From NCBI GenBank assembly GCA_000004985.1, contig GG738932.1: a stretch of 64,000 bases of DNA; one strand, given 5' to 3'. Every line of letters begins with the position of its first letter. Position 1 is the stretch's first letter. The notes below the pieces were generated by a model. The model did not search any database and was not told where the DNA came from. It saw only the letters and a program-made list of their open reading frames with translations. This DNA comes from Naegleria gruberi (taxonomy: Eukaryota). The translations under genes and the position numbers were made by a program. Below, in pieces: positions 1-12,000 of this stretch.

Positions 1-3000
1 NNNNNNNNNNNNNNNNNNNNNNNNNNNNNNNNNNNNNNNNNNNNNNNNNNNNNNNNNNNNNNNNNNNNNNNNNNNNNNNNNNNNNNNNNNNNNNNNNNNN
101 NNNNNNNNNNNNNNNNNNNNNNNNNNNNNNNNNNNNNNNNNNNNNNNNNNNNNNNNNNNNNNNNNNNNNNNNNNNNNNNNNNNNNNNNNNNNNNNNNNNN
201 NNNNNNNNNNNNNNNNNNNNNNNNNNNNNNNNNNNNNNNNNNNNNNNNNNNNNNNNNNNNNNNNNNNNNNNNNNNNNNNNNNNNNNNNNNNNNNNNNNNN
301 NNNNNNNNNNNNNNNNNNNNNNNNNNNNNNNNNNNNNNNNNNNNNNNNNNNNNNNNNNNNNNNNNNNNNNNNNNNNNNNNNNNNNNNNNNNNNNNNNNNN
401 NNNNNNNNNNNNNNNNNNNNNNNNNNNNNNNNNNNNNNNNNNNNNNNNNNNNNNNNNNNNNNNNNNNNNNNNNNNNNNNNNNNNNNNNNNNNNNNNNNNN
501 NNNNNNNNNNNNNNNNNNNNNNNNNNNNNNNNNNNNNNNNNNNNNNNNNNNNNNNNNNNNNNNNNNNNNNNNNNNNNNNNNNNNNNNNNNNNNNNNNNNN
601 NNNNNNNNNNNNNNNNNNNNNNNNNNNNNNNNNNNNNNNNNNNNNNNNNNNNNNNNNNNNNNNNNNNNNNNNNNNNNNNNNNNNNNNNNNNNNNNNNNNN
701 NNNNNNNNNNNNNNNNNNNNNNNNNNNNNNNNNNNNNNNNNNNNNNNNNNNNNNNNNNNNNNNNNNNNNNNNNNNNNNNNNNNNNNNNNNNNNNNNNNNN
801 NNNNNNNNNNNNNNNNNNNNNNNNNNNNNNNNNNNNNNNNNNNNNNNNNNNNNNNNNNNNNNNNNNNNNNNNNNNNNNNNNNNNNNNNNNNNNNNNNNNN
901 NNNNNNNNNNNNNNNNNNNNNNNNNNNNNNNNNNNNNNNNNNNNNNNNNNNNNNNNNNNNNNNNNNNNNNNNNNNNNNNNNNNNNNNNNNNNNNNNNNNN
1001 NNNNNNNNNNNNNNNNNNNNNNNNNNNNNNNNNNNNNNNNNNNNNNNNNNNNNNNNNNNNNNNNNNNNNNNNNNNNNNNNNNNNNNNNNNNNNNNNNNNN
1101 NNNNNNNNNNNNNNNNNNNNNNNNNNNNNNNNNNNNNNNNNNNNNNNNNNNNNNNNNNNNNNNNNNNNNNNNNNNNNNNNNNNNNNNNNNNNNNNNNNNN
1201 NNNNNNNNNNNNNNNNNNNNNNNNNNNNNNNNNNNNNNNNNNNNNNNNNNNNNNNNNNNNNNNNNNNNNNNNNNNNNNNNNNNNNNNNNNNNNNNNNNNN
1301 NNNNNNNNNNNNNNNNNNNNNNNNNNNNNNNNNNNNNNNNNNNNNNNNNNNNNNNNNNNNNNNNNNNNNNNNNNNNNNNNNNNNNNNNNNNNNNNNNNNN
1401 NNNNNNNNNNNNNNNNNNNNNNNNNNNNNNNNNNNNNNNNNNNNNNNNNNNNNNNNNNNNNNNNNNNNNNNNNNNNNNNNNNNNNNNNNNNNNNNNNNNN
1501 NNNNNNNNNNNNNNNNNNNNNNNNNNNNNNNNNNNNNNNNNNNNNNNNNNNNNNNNNNNNNNNNNNNNNNNNNNNNNNNNNNNNNNNNNNNNNNNNNNNN
1601 NNNNNNNNNNNNNNNNNNNNNNNNNNNNNNNNNNNNNNNNNNNNNNNNNNNNNNNNNNNNNNNNNNNNNNNNNNNNNNNNNNNNNNNNNNNNNNNNNNNN
1701 NNNNNNNNNNNNNNNNNNNNNNNNNNNNNNNNNNNNNNNNNNNNNNNNNNNNNNNNNNNNNNNNNNNNNNNNNNNNNNNNNNNNNNNNNNNNNNNNNNNN
1801 NNNNNNNNNNNNNNNNNNNNNNNNNNNNNNNNNNNNNNNNNNNNNNNNNNNNNNNNNNNNNNNNNNNNNNNNNNNNNNNNNNNNNNNNNNNNNNNNNNNN
1901 NNNNNNNNNNNNNNNNNNNNNNNNNNNNNNNNNNNNNNNNNNNNNNNNNNNNNNNNNNNNNNNNNNNNNNNNNNNNNNNNNNNNNNNNNNNNNNNNNNNN
2001 NNNNNNNNNNNNNNNNNNNNNNNNNNNNNNNNNNNNNNNNNNNNNNNNNNNNNNNNNNNNNNNNNNNNNNNNNNNNNNNNNNNNNNNNNNNNNNNNNNNN
2101 NNNNNNNNNNNNNNNNNNNNNNNNNNNNNNNNNNNNNNNNNNNNNNNNNNNNNNNNNNNNNNNNNNNNNNNNNNNNNNNNNNNNNNNNNNNNNNNNNNNN
2201 NNNNNNNNNNNNNNNNNNNNNNNNNNNNNNNNNNNNNNNNNNNNNNNNNNNNNNNNNNNNNNNNNNNNNNNNNNNNNNNNNNNNNNNNNNNNNNNNNNNN
2301 NNNNNNNNNNNNNNNNNNNNNNNNNNNNNNNNNNNNNNNNNNNNNNNNNNNNNNNNNNNNNNNNNNNNNNNNNNNNNNNNNNNNNNNNNNNNNNNNNNNN
2401 NNNNNNNNNNNNNNNNNNNNNNNNNNNNNNNNNNNNNNNNNNNNNNNNNNNNNNNNNNNNNNNNNNNNNNNNNNNNNNNNNNNNNNNNNNNNNNNNNNNN
2501 NNNNNNNNNNNNNNNNNNNNNNNNNNNNNNNNNNNNNNNNNNNNNNNNNNNNNNNNNNNNNNNNNNNNNNNNNNNNNNNNNNNNNNNNNNNNNNNNNNNN
2601 NNNNNNNNNNNNNNNNNNNNNNNNNNNNNNNNNNNNNNNNNNNNNNNNNNNNNNNNNNNNNNNNNNNNNNNNNNNNNNNNNNNNNNNNNNNNNNNNNNNN
2701 NNNNNNNNNNNNNNNNNNNNNNNNNNNNNNNNNNNNNNNNNNNNNNNNNNNNNNNNNNNNNNNNNNNNNNNNNNNNNNNNNNNNNNNNNNNNNNNNNNNN
2801 NNNNNNNNNNNNNNNNNNNNNNNNNNNNNNNNNNNNNNNNNNNNNNNNNNNNNNNNNNNNNNNNNNNNNNNNNNNNNNNNNNNNNNNNNNNNNNNNNNNN
2901 NNNNNNNNNNNNNNNNNNNNNNNNNNNNNNNNNNNNNNNNNNNNNNNNNNNNNNNNNNNNNNNNNNNNNNNNNNNNNNNNNNNNNNNNNNNNNNNNNNNN

Positions 3001-6000
3001 NNNNNNNNNNNNNNNNNNNNNNNNNNNNNNNNNNNNNNNNNNNNNNNNNNNNNNNNNNNNNNNNNNNNNNNNNNNNNNNNNNNNNNNNNNNNNNNNNNNN
3101 NNNNNNNNNNNNNNNNNNNNNNNNNNNNNNNNNNNNNNNNNNNNNNNNNNNNNNNNNNNNNNNNNNNNNNNNNNNNNNNNNNNNNNNNNNNNNNNNNNNN
3201 NNNNNNNNNNNNNNNNNNNNNNNNNNNNNNNNNNNNNNNNNNNNNNNNNNNNNNNNNNNNNNNNNNNNNNNNNNNNNNNNNNNNNNNNNNNNNNNNNNNN
3301 NNNNNNNNNNNNNNNNNNNNNNNNNNNNNNNNNNNNNNNNNNNNNNNNNNNNNNNNNNNNNNNNNNNNNNNNNNNNNNNNNNNNNNNNNNNNNNNNNNNN
3401 NNNNNNNNNNNNNNNNNNNNNNNNNNNNNNNNNNNNNNNNNNNNNNNNNNNNNNNNNNNNNNNNNNNNNNNNNNNNNNNNNNNNNNNNNNNNNNNNNNNN
3501 NNNNNNNNNNNNNNNNNNNNNNNNNNNNNNNNNNNNNNNNNNNNNNNNNNNNNNNNNNNNNNNNNNNNNNNNNNNNNNNNNNNNNNNNNNNNNNNNNNNN
3601 NNNNNNNNNNNNNNNNNNNNNNNNNNNNNNNNNNNNNNNNNNNNNNNNNNNNNNNNNNNNNNNNNNNNNNNNNNNNNNNNNNNNNNNNNNNNNNNNNNNN
3701 NNNNNNNNNNNNNNNNNNNNNNNNNNNNNNNNNNNNNNNNNNNNNNNNNNNNNNNNNNNNNNNNNNNNNNNNNNNNNNNNNNNNNNNNNNNNNNNNNNNN
3801 NNNNNNNNNNNNNNNNNNNNNNNNNNNNNNNNNNNNNNNNNNNNNNNNNNNNNNNNNNNNNNNNNNNNNNNNNNNNNNNNNNNNNNNNNNNNNNNNNNNN
3901 NNNNNNNNNNNNNNNNNNNNNNNNNNNNNNNNNNNNNNNNNNNNNNNNNNNNNNNNNNNNNNNNNNNNNNNNNNNNNNNNNNNNNNNNNNNNNNNNNNNN
4001 NNNNNNNNNNNNNNNNNNNNNNNNNNNNNNNNNNNNNNNNNNNNNNNNNNNNNNNNNNNNNNNNNNNNNNNNNNNNNNNNNNNNNNNNNNNNNNNNNNNN
4101 NNNNNNNNNNNNNNNNNNNNNNNNNNNNNNNNNNNNNNNNNNNNNNNNNNNNNNNNNNNNNNNNNNNNNNNNNNNNNNNNNNNNNNNNNNNNNNNNNNNN
4201 NNNNNNNNNNNNNNNNNNNNNNNNNNNNNNNNNNNNNNNNNNNNNNNNNNNNNNNNNNNNNNNNNNNNNNNNNNNNNNNNNNNNNNNNNNNNNNNNNNNN
4301 NNNNNNNNNNNNNNNNNNNNNNNNNNNNNNNNNNNNNNNNNNNNNNNNNNNNNNNNNNNNNNNNNNNNNNNNNNNNNNNNNNNNNNNNNNNNNNNNNNNN
4401 NNNNNNNNNNNNNNNNNNNNNNNNNNNNNNNNNNNNNNNNNNNNNNNNNNNNNNNNNNNNNNNNNNNNNNNNNNNNNNNNNNNNNNNNNNNNNNNNNNNN
4501 NNNNNNNNNNNNNNNNNNNNNNNNNNNNNNNNNNNNNNNNNNNNNNNNNNNNNNNNNNNNNNNNNNNNNNNNNNNNNNNNNNNNNNNNNNNNNNNNNNNN
4601 NNNNNNNNNNNNNNNNNNNNNNNNNNNNNNNNNNNNNNNNNNNNNNNNNNNNNNNNNNNNNNNNNNNNNNNNNNNNNNNNNNNNNNNNNNNNNNNNNNNN
4701 NNNNNNNNNNNNNNNNNNNNNNNNNNNNNNNNNNNNNNNNNNNNNNNNNNNNNNNNNNNNNNNNNNNNNNNNNNNNNNNNNNNNNNNNNNNNNNNNNNNN
4801 NNNNNNNNNNNNNNNNNNNNNNNNNNNNNNNNNNNNNNNNNNNNNNNNNNNNNNNNNNNNNNNNNNNNNNNNNNNNNNNNNNNNNNNNNNNNNNNNNNNN
4901 NNNNNNNNNNNNNNNNNNNNNNNNNNNNNNNNNNNNNNNNNNNNNNNNNNNNNNNNNNNNNNNNNNNNNNNNNNNNNNNNNNNNNNNNNNNNNNNNNNNN
5001 NNNNNNNNNNNNNNNNNNNNNNNNNNNNNNNNNNNNNNNNNNNNNNNNNNNNNNNNNNNNNNNNNNNNNNNNNNNNNNNNNNNNNNNNNNNNNNNNNNNN
5101 NNNNNNNNNNNNNNNNNNNNNNNNNNNNNNNNNNNNNNNNNNNNNNNNNNNNNNNNNNNNNNNNNNNNNNNNNNNNNNNNNNNNNNNNNNNNNNNNNNNN
5201 NNNNNNNNNNNNNNNNNNNNNNNNNNNNNNNNNNNNNNNNNNNNNNNNNNNNNNNNNNNNNNNNNNNNNNNNNNNNNNNNNNNNNNNNNNNNNNNNNNNN
5301 NNNNNNNNNNNNNNNNNNNNNNNNNNNNNNNNNNNNNNNNNNNNNNNNNNNNNNNNNNNNNNNNNNNNNNNNNNNNNNNNNNNNNNNNNNNNNNNNNNNN
5401 NNNNNNNNNNNNNNNNNNNNNNNNNNNNNNNNNNNNNNNNNNNNNNNNNNNNNNNNNNNNNNNNNNNNNNNNNNNNNNNNNNNNNNNNNNNNNNNNNNNN
5501 NNNNNNNNNNNNNNNNNNNNNNNNNNNNNNNNNNNNNNNNNNNNNNNNNNNNNNNNNNNNNNNNNNNNNNNNNNNNNNNNNNNNNNNNNNNNNNNNNNNN
5601 NNNNNNNNNNNNNNNNNNNNNNNNNNNNNNNNNNNNNNNNNNNNNNNNNNNNNNNNNNNNNNNNNNNNNNNNNNNNNNNNNNNNNNNNNNNNNNNNNNNN
5701 NNNNNNNNNNNNNNNNNNNNNNNNNNNNNNNNNNNNNNNNNNNNNNNNNNNNNNNNNNNNNNNNNNNNNNNNNNNNNNNNNNNNNNNNNNNNNNNNNNNN
5801 NNNNNNNNNNNNNNNNNNNNNNNNNNNNNNNNNNNNNNNNNNNNNNNNNNNNNNNNNNNNNNNNNNNNNNNNNNNNNNNNNNNNNNNNNNNNNNNNNNNN
5901 NNNNNNNNNNNNNNNNNNNNNNNNNNNNNNNNNNNNNNNNNNNNNNNNNNNNNNNNNNNNNNNNNNNNNNNNNNNNNNNNNNNNNNNNNNNNNNNNNNNN

Positions 6001-9000
6001 NNNNNNNNNNNNNNNNNNNNNNNNNNNNNNNNNNNNNNNNNNNNNNNNNNNNNNNNNNNNNNNNNNNNNNNNNNNNNNNNNNNNNNNNNNNNNNNNNNNN
6101 NNNNNNNNNNNNNNNNNNNNNNNNNNNNNNNNNNNNNNNNNNNNNNNNNNNNNNNNNNNNNNNNNNNNNNNNNNNNNNNNNNNNNNNNNNNNNNNNNNNN
6201 NNNNNNNNNNNNNNNNNNNNNNNNNNNNNNNNNNNNNNNNNNNNNNNNNNNNNNNNNNNNNNNNNNNNNNNNNNNNNNNNNNNNNNNNNNNNNNNNNNNN
6301 NNNNNNNNNNNNNNNNNNNNNNNNNNNNNNNNNNNNNNNNNNNNNNNNNNNNNNNNNNNNNNNNNNNNNNNNNNNNNNNNNNNNNNNNNNNNNNNNNNNN
6401 NNNNNNNNNNNNNNNNNNNNNNNNNNNNNNNNNNNNNNNNNNNNNNNNNNNNNNNNNNNNNNNNNNNNNNNNNNNNNNNNNNNNNNNNNNNNNNNNNNNN
6501 NNNNNNNNNNNNNNNNNNNNNNNNNNNNNNNNNNNNNNNNNNNNNNNNNNNNNNNNNNNNNNNNNNNNNNNNNNNNNNNNNNNNNNNNNNNNNNNNNNNN
6601 NNNNNNNNNNNNNNNNNNNNNNNNNNNNNNNNNNNNNNNNNNNNNNNNNNNNNNNNNNNNNNNNNNNNNNNNNNNNNNNNNNNNNNNNNNNNNNNNNNNN
6701 NNNNNNNNNNNNNNNNNNNNNNNNNNNNNNNNNNNNNNNNNNNNNNNNNNNNNNNNNNNNNNNNNNNNNNNNNNNNNNNNNNNNNNNNNNNNNNNNNNNN
6801 NNNNNNNNNNNNNNNNNNNNNNNNNNNNNNNNNNNNNNNNNNNNNNNNNNNNNNNNNNNNNNNNNNNNNNNNNNNNNNNNNNNNNNNNNNNNNNNNNNNN
6901 NNNNNNNNNNNNNNNNNNNNNNNNNNNNNNNNNNNNNNNNNNNNNNNNNNNNNNNNNNNNNNNNNNNNNNNNNNNNNNNNNNNNNNNNNNNNNNNNNNNN
7001 NNNNNNNNNNNNNNNNNNNNNNNNNNNNNNNNNNNNNNNNNNNNNNNNNNNNNNNNNNNNNNNNNNNNNNNNNNNNNNNNNNNNNNNNNNNNNNNNNNNN
7101 NNNNNNNNNNNNNNNNNNNNNNNNNNNNNNNNNNNNNNNNNNNNNNNNNNNNNNNNNNNNNNNNNNNNNNNNNNNNNNNNNNNNNNNNNNNNNNNNNNNN
7201 NNNNNNNNNNNNNNNNNNNNNNNNNNNNNNNNNNNNNNNNNNNNNNNNNNNNNNNNNNNNNNNNNNNNNNNNNNNNNNNNNNNNNNNNNNNNNNNNNNNN
7301 NNNNNNNNNNNNNNNNNNNNNNNNNNNNNNNNNNNNNNNNNNNNNNNNNNNNNNNNNNNNNNNNNNNNNNNNNNNNNNNNNNNNNNNNNNNNNNNNNNNN
7401 NNNNNNNNNNNNNNNNNNNNNNNNNNNNNNNNNNNNNNNNNNNNNNNNNNNNNNNNNNNNNNNNNNNNNNNNNNNNNNNNNNNNNNNNNNNNNNNNNNNN
7501 NNNNNNNNNNNNNNNNNNNNNNNNNNNNNNNNNNNNNNNNNNNNNNNNNNNNNNNNNNNNNNNNNNNNNNNNNNNNNNNNNNNNNNNNNNNNNNNNNNNN
7601 NNNNNNNNNNNNNNNNNNNNNNNNNNNNNNNNNNNNNNNNNNNNNNNNNNNNNNNNNNNNNNNNNNNNNNNNNNNNNNNNNNNNNNNNNNNNNNNNNNNN
7701 NNNNNNNNNNNNNNNNNNNNNNNNNNNNNNNNNNNNNNNNNNNNNNNNNNNNNNNNNNNNNNNNNNNNNNNNNNNNNNNNNNNNNNNNNNNNNNNNNNNN
7801 NNNNNNNNNNNNNNNNNNNNNNNNNNNNNNNNNNNNNNNNNNNNNNNNNNNNNNNNNNNNNNNNNNNNNNNNNNNNNNNNNNNNNNNNNNNNNNNNNNNN
7901 NNNNNNNNNNNNNNNNNNNNNNNNNNNNNNNNNNNNNNNNNNNNNNNNNNNNNNNNNNNNNNNNNNNNNNNNNNNNNNNNNNNNNNNNNNNNNNNNNNNN
8001 NNNNNNNNNNNNNNNNNNNNNNNNNNNNNNNNNNNNNNNNNNNNNNNNNNNNNNNNNNNNNNNNNNNNNNNNNNNNNNNNNNNNNNNNNNNNNNNNNNNN
8101 NNNNNNNNNNNNNNNNNNNNNNNNNNNNNNNNNNNNNNNNNNNNNNNNNNNNNNNNNNNNNNNNNNNNNNNNNNNNNNNNNNNNNNNNNNNNNNNNNNNN
8201 NNNNNNNNNNNNNNNNNNNNNNNNNNNNNNNNNNNNNNNNNNNNNNNNNNNNNNNNNNNNNNNNNNNNNNNNNNNNNNNNNNNNNNNNNNNNNNNNNNNN
8301 NNNNNNNNNNNNNNNNNNNNNNNNNNNNNNNNNNNNNNNNNNNNNNNNNNNNNNNNNNNNNNNNNNNNNNNNNNNNNNNNNNNNNNNNNNNNNNNNNNNN
8401 NNNNNNNNNNNNNNNNNNNNNNNNNNNNNNNNNNNNNNNNNNNNNNNNNNNNNNNNNNNNNNNNNNNNNNNNNNNNNNNNNNNNNNNNNNNNNNNNNNNN
8501 NNNNNNNNNNNNNNNNNNNNNNNNNNNNNNNNNNNNNNNNNNNNNNNNNNNNNNNNNNNNNNNNNNNNNNNNNNNNNNNNNNNNNNNNNNNNNNNNNNNN
8601 NNNNNNNNNNNNNNNNNNNNNNNNNNNNNNNNNNNNNNNNNNNNNNNNNNNNNNNNNNNNNNNNNNNNNNNNNNNNNNNNNNNNNNNNNNNNNNNNNNNN
8701 NNNNNNNNNNNNNNNNNNNNNNNNNNNNNNNNNNNNNNNNNNNNNNNNNNNNNNNNNNNNNNNNNNNNNNNNNNNNNNNNNNNNNNNNNNNNNNNNNNNN
8801 NNNNNNNNNNNNNNNNNNNNNNNNNNNNNNNNNNNNNNNNNNNNNNNNNNNNNNNNNNNNNNNNNNNNNNNNNNNNNNNNNNNNNNNNNNNNNNNNNNNN
8901 NNNNNNNNNNNNNNNNNNNNNNNNNNNNNNNNNNNNNNNNNNNNNNNNNNNNNNNNNNNNNNNNNNNNNNNNNNNNNNNNNNNNNNNNNNNNNNNNNNNN

Positions 9001-12000
9001 NNNNNNNNNNNNNNNNNNNNNNNNNNNNNNNNNNNNNNNNNNNNNNNNNNNNNNNNNNNNNNNNNNNNNNNNNNNNNNNNNNNNNNNNNNNNNNNNNNNN
9101 NNNNNNNNNNNNNNNNNNNNNNNNNNNNNNNNNNNNNNNNNNNNNNNNNNNNNNNNNNNNNNNNNNNNNNNNNNNNNNNNNNNNNNNNNNNNNNNNNNNN
9201 NNNNNNNNNNNNNNNNNNNNNNNNNNNNNNNNNNNNNNNNNNNNNNNNNNNNNNNNNNNNNNNNNNNNNNNNNNNNNNNNNNNNNNNNNNNNNNNNNNNN
9301 NNNNNNNNNNNNNNNNNNNNNNNNNNNNNNNNNNNNNNNNNNNNNNNNNNNNNNNNNNNNNNNNNNNNNNNNNNNNNNNNNNNNNNNNNNNNNNNNNNNN
9401 NNNNNNNNNNNNNNNNNNNNNNNNNNNNNNNNNNNNNNNNNNNNNNNNNNNNNNNNNNNNNNNNNNNNNNNNNNNNNNNNNNNNNNNNNNNNNNNNNNNN
9501 NNNNNNNNNNNNNNNNNNNNNNNNNNNNNNNNNNNNNNNNNNNNNNNNNNNNNNNNNNNNNNNNNNNNNNNNNNNNNNNNNNNNNNNNNNNNNNNNNNNN
9601 NNNNNNNNNNNNNNNNNNNNNNNNNNNNNNNNNNNNNNNNNNNNNNNNNNNNNNNNNNNNNNNNNNNNNNNNNNNNNNNNNNNNNNNNNNNNNNNNNNNN
9701 NNNNNNNNNNNNNNNNNNNNNNNNNNNNNNNNNNNNNNNNNNNNNNNNNNNNNNNNNNNNNNNNNNNNNNNNNNNNNNNNNNNNNNNNNNNNNNNNNNNN
9801 NNNNNNNNNNNNNNNNNNNNNNNNNNNNNNNNNNNNNNNNNNNNNNNNNNNNNNNNNNNNNNNNNNNNNNNNNNNNNNNNNNNNNNNNNNNNNNNNNNNN
9901 NNNNNNNNNNNNNNNNNNNNNNNNNNNNNNNNNNNNNNNNNNNNNNNNNNNNNNNNNNNNNNNNNNNNNNNNNNNNNNNNNNNNNNNNNNNNNNNNNNNN
10001 NNNNNNNNNNNNNNNNNNNNNNNNNNNNNNNNNNNNNNNNNNNNNNNNNNNNNNNNNNNNNNNNNNNNNNNNNNNNNNNNNNNNNNNNNNNNNNNNNNNN
10101 NNNNNNNNNNNNNNNNNNNNNNNNNNNNNNNNNNNNNNNNNNNNNNNNNNNNNNNNNNNNNNNNNNNNNNNNNNNNNNNNNNNNNNNNNNNNNNNNNNNN
10201 NNNNNNNNNNNNNNNNNNNNNNNNNNNNNNNNNNNNNNNNNNNNNNNNNNNNNNNNNNNNNNNNNNNNNNNNNNNNNNNNNNNNNNNNNNNNNNNNNNNN
10301 NNNNNNNNNNNNNNNNNNNNNNNNNNNNNNNNNNNNNNNNNNNNNNNNNNNNNNNNNNNNNNNNNNNNNNNNNNNNNNNNNNNNNNNNNNNNNNNNNNNN
10401 NNNNNNNNNNNNNNNNNNNNNNNNNNNNNNNNNNNNNNNNNNNNNNNNNNNNNNNNNNNNNNNNNNNNNNNNNNNNNNNNNNNNNNNNNNNNNNNNNNNN
10501 NNNNNNNNNNNNNNNNNNNNNNNNNNNNNNNNNNNNNNNNNNNNNNNNNNNNNNNNNNNNNNNNNNNNNNNNNNNNNNNNNNNNNNNNNNNNNNNNNNNN
10601 NNNNNNNNNNNNNNNNNNNNNNNNNNNNNNNNNNNNNNNNNNNNNNNNNNNNNNNNNNNNNNNNNNNNNNNNNNNNNNNNNNNNNNNNNNNNNNNNNNNN
10701 NNNNNNNNNNNNNNNNNNNNNNNNNNNNNNNNNNNNNNNNNNNNNNNNNNNNNNNNNNNNNNNNNNNNNNNNNNNNNNNNNNNNNNNNNNNNNNNNNNNN
10801 NNNNNNNNNNNNNNNNNNNNNNNNNNNNNNNNNNNNNNNNNNNNNNNNNNNNNNNNNNNNNNNNNNNNNNNNNNNNNNNNNNNNNNNNNNNNNNNNNNNN
10901 NNNNNNNNNNNNNNNNNNNNNNNNNNNNNNNNNNNNNNNNNNNNNNNNNNNNNNNNNNNNNNNNNNNNNNNNNNNNNNNNNNNNNNNNNNNNNNNNNNNN
11001 NNNNNNNNNNNNNNNNNNNNNNNNNNNNNNNNNNNNNNNNNNNNNNNNNNNNNNNNNNNNNNNNNNNNNNNNNNNNNNNNNNNNNNNNNNNNNNNNNNNN
11101 NNNNNNNNNNNNNNNNNNNNNNNNNNNNNNNNNNNNNNNNNNNNNNNNNNNNNNNNNNNNNNNNNNNNNNNNNNNNNNNNNNNNNNNNNNNNNNNNNNNN
11201 NNNNNNNNNNNNNNNNNNNNNNNNNNNNNNNNNNNNNNNNNNNNNNNNNNNNNNNNNNNNNNNNNNNNNNNNNNNNNNNNNNNNNNNNNNNNNNNNNNNN
11301 NNNNNNNNNNNNNNNNNNNNNNNNNNNNNNNNNNNNNNNNNNNNNNNNNNNNNNNNNNNNNNNNNNNNNNNNNNNNNNNNNNNNNNNNNNNNNNNNNNNN
11401 NNNNNNNNNNNNNNNNNNNNNNNNNNNNNNNNNNNNNNNNNNNNNNNNNNNNNNNNNNNNNNNNNNNNNNNNNNNNNNNNNNNNNNNNNNNNNNNNNNNN
11501 NNNNNNNNNNNNNNNNNNNNNNNNNNNNNNNNNNNNNNNNNNNNNNNNNNNNNNNNNNNNNNNNNNNNNNNNNNNNNNNNNNNNNNNNNNNNNNNNNNNN
11601 NNNNNNNNNNNNNNNNNNNNNNNNNNNNNNNNNNNNNNNNNNNNNNNNNNNNNNNNNNNNNNNNNNNNNNNNNNNNNNNNNNNNNNNNNNNNNNNNNNNN
11701 NNNNNNNNNNNNNNNNNNNNNNNNNNNNNNNNNNNNNNNNNNNNNNNNNNNNNNNNNNNNNNNNNNNNNNNNNNNNNNNNNNNNNNNNNNNNNNNNNNNN
11801 NNNNNNNNNNNNNNNNNNNNNNNNNNNNNNNNNNNNNNNNNNNNNNNNNNNNNNNNNNNNNNNNNNNNNNNNNNNNNNNNNNNNNNNNNNNNNNNNNNNN
11901 NNNNNNNNNNNNNNNNNNNNNNNNNNNNNNNNNNNNNNNNNNNNNNNNNNNNNNNNNNNNNNNNNNNNNNNNNNNNNNNNNNNNNNNNNNNNNNNNNNNN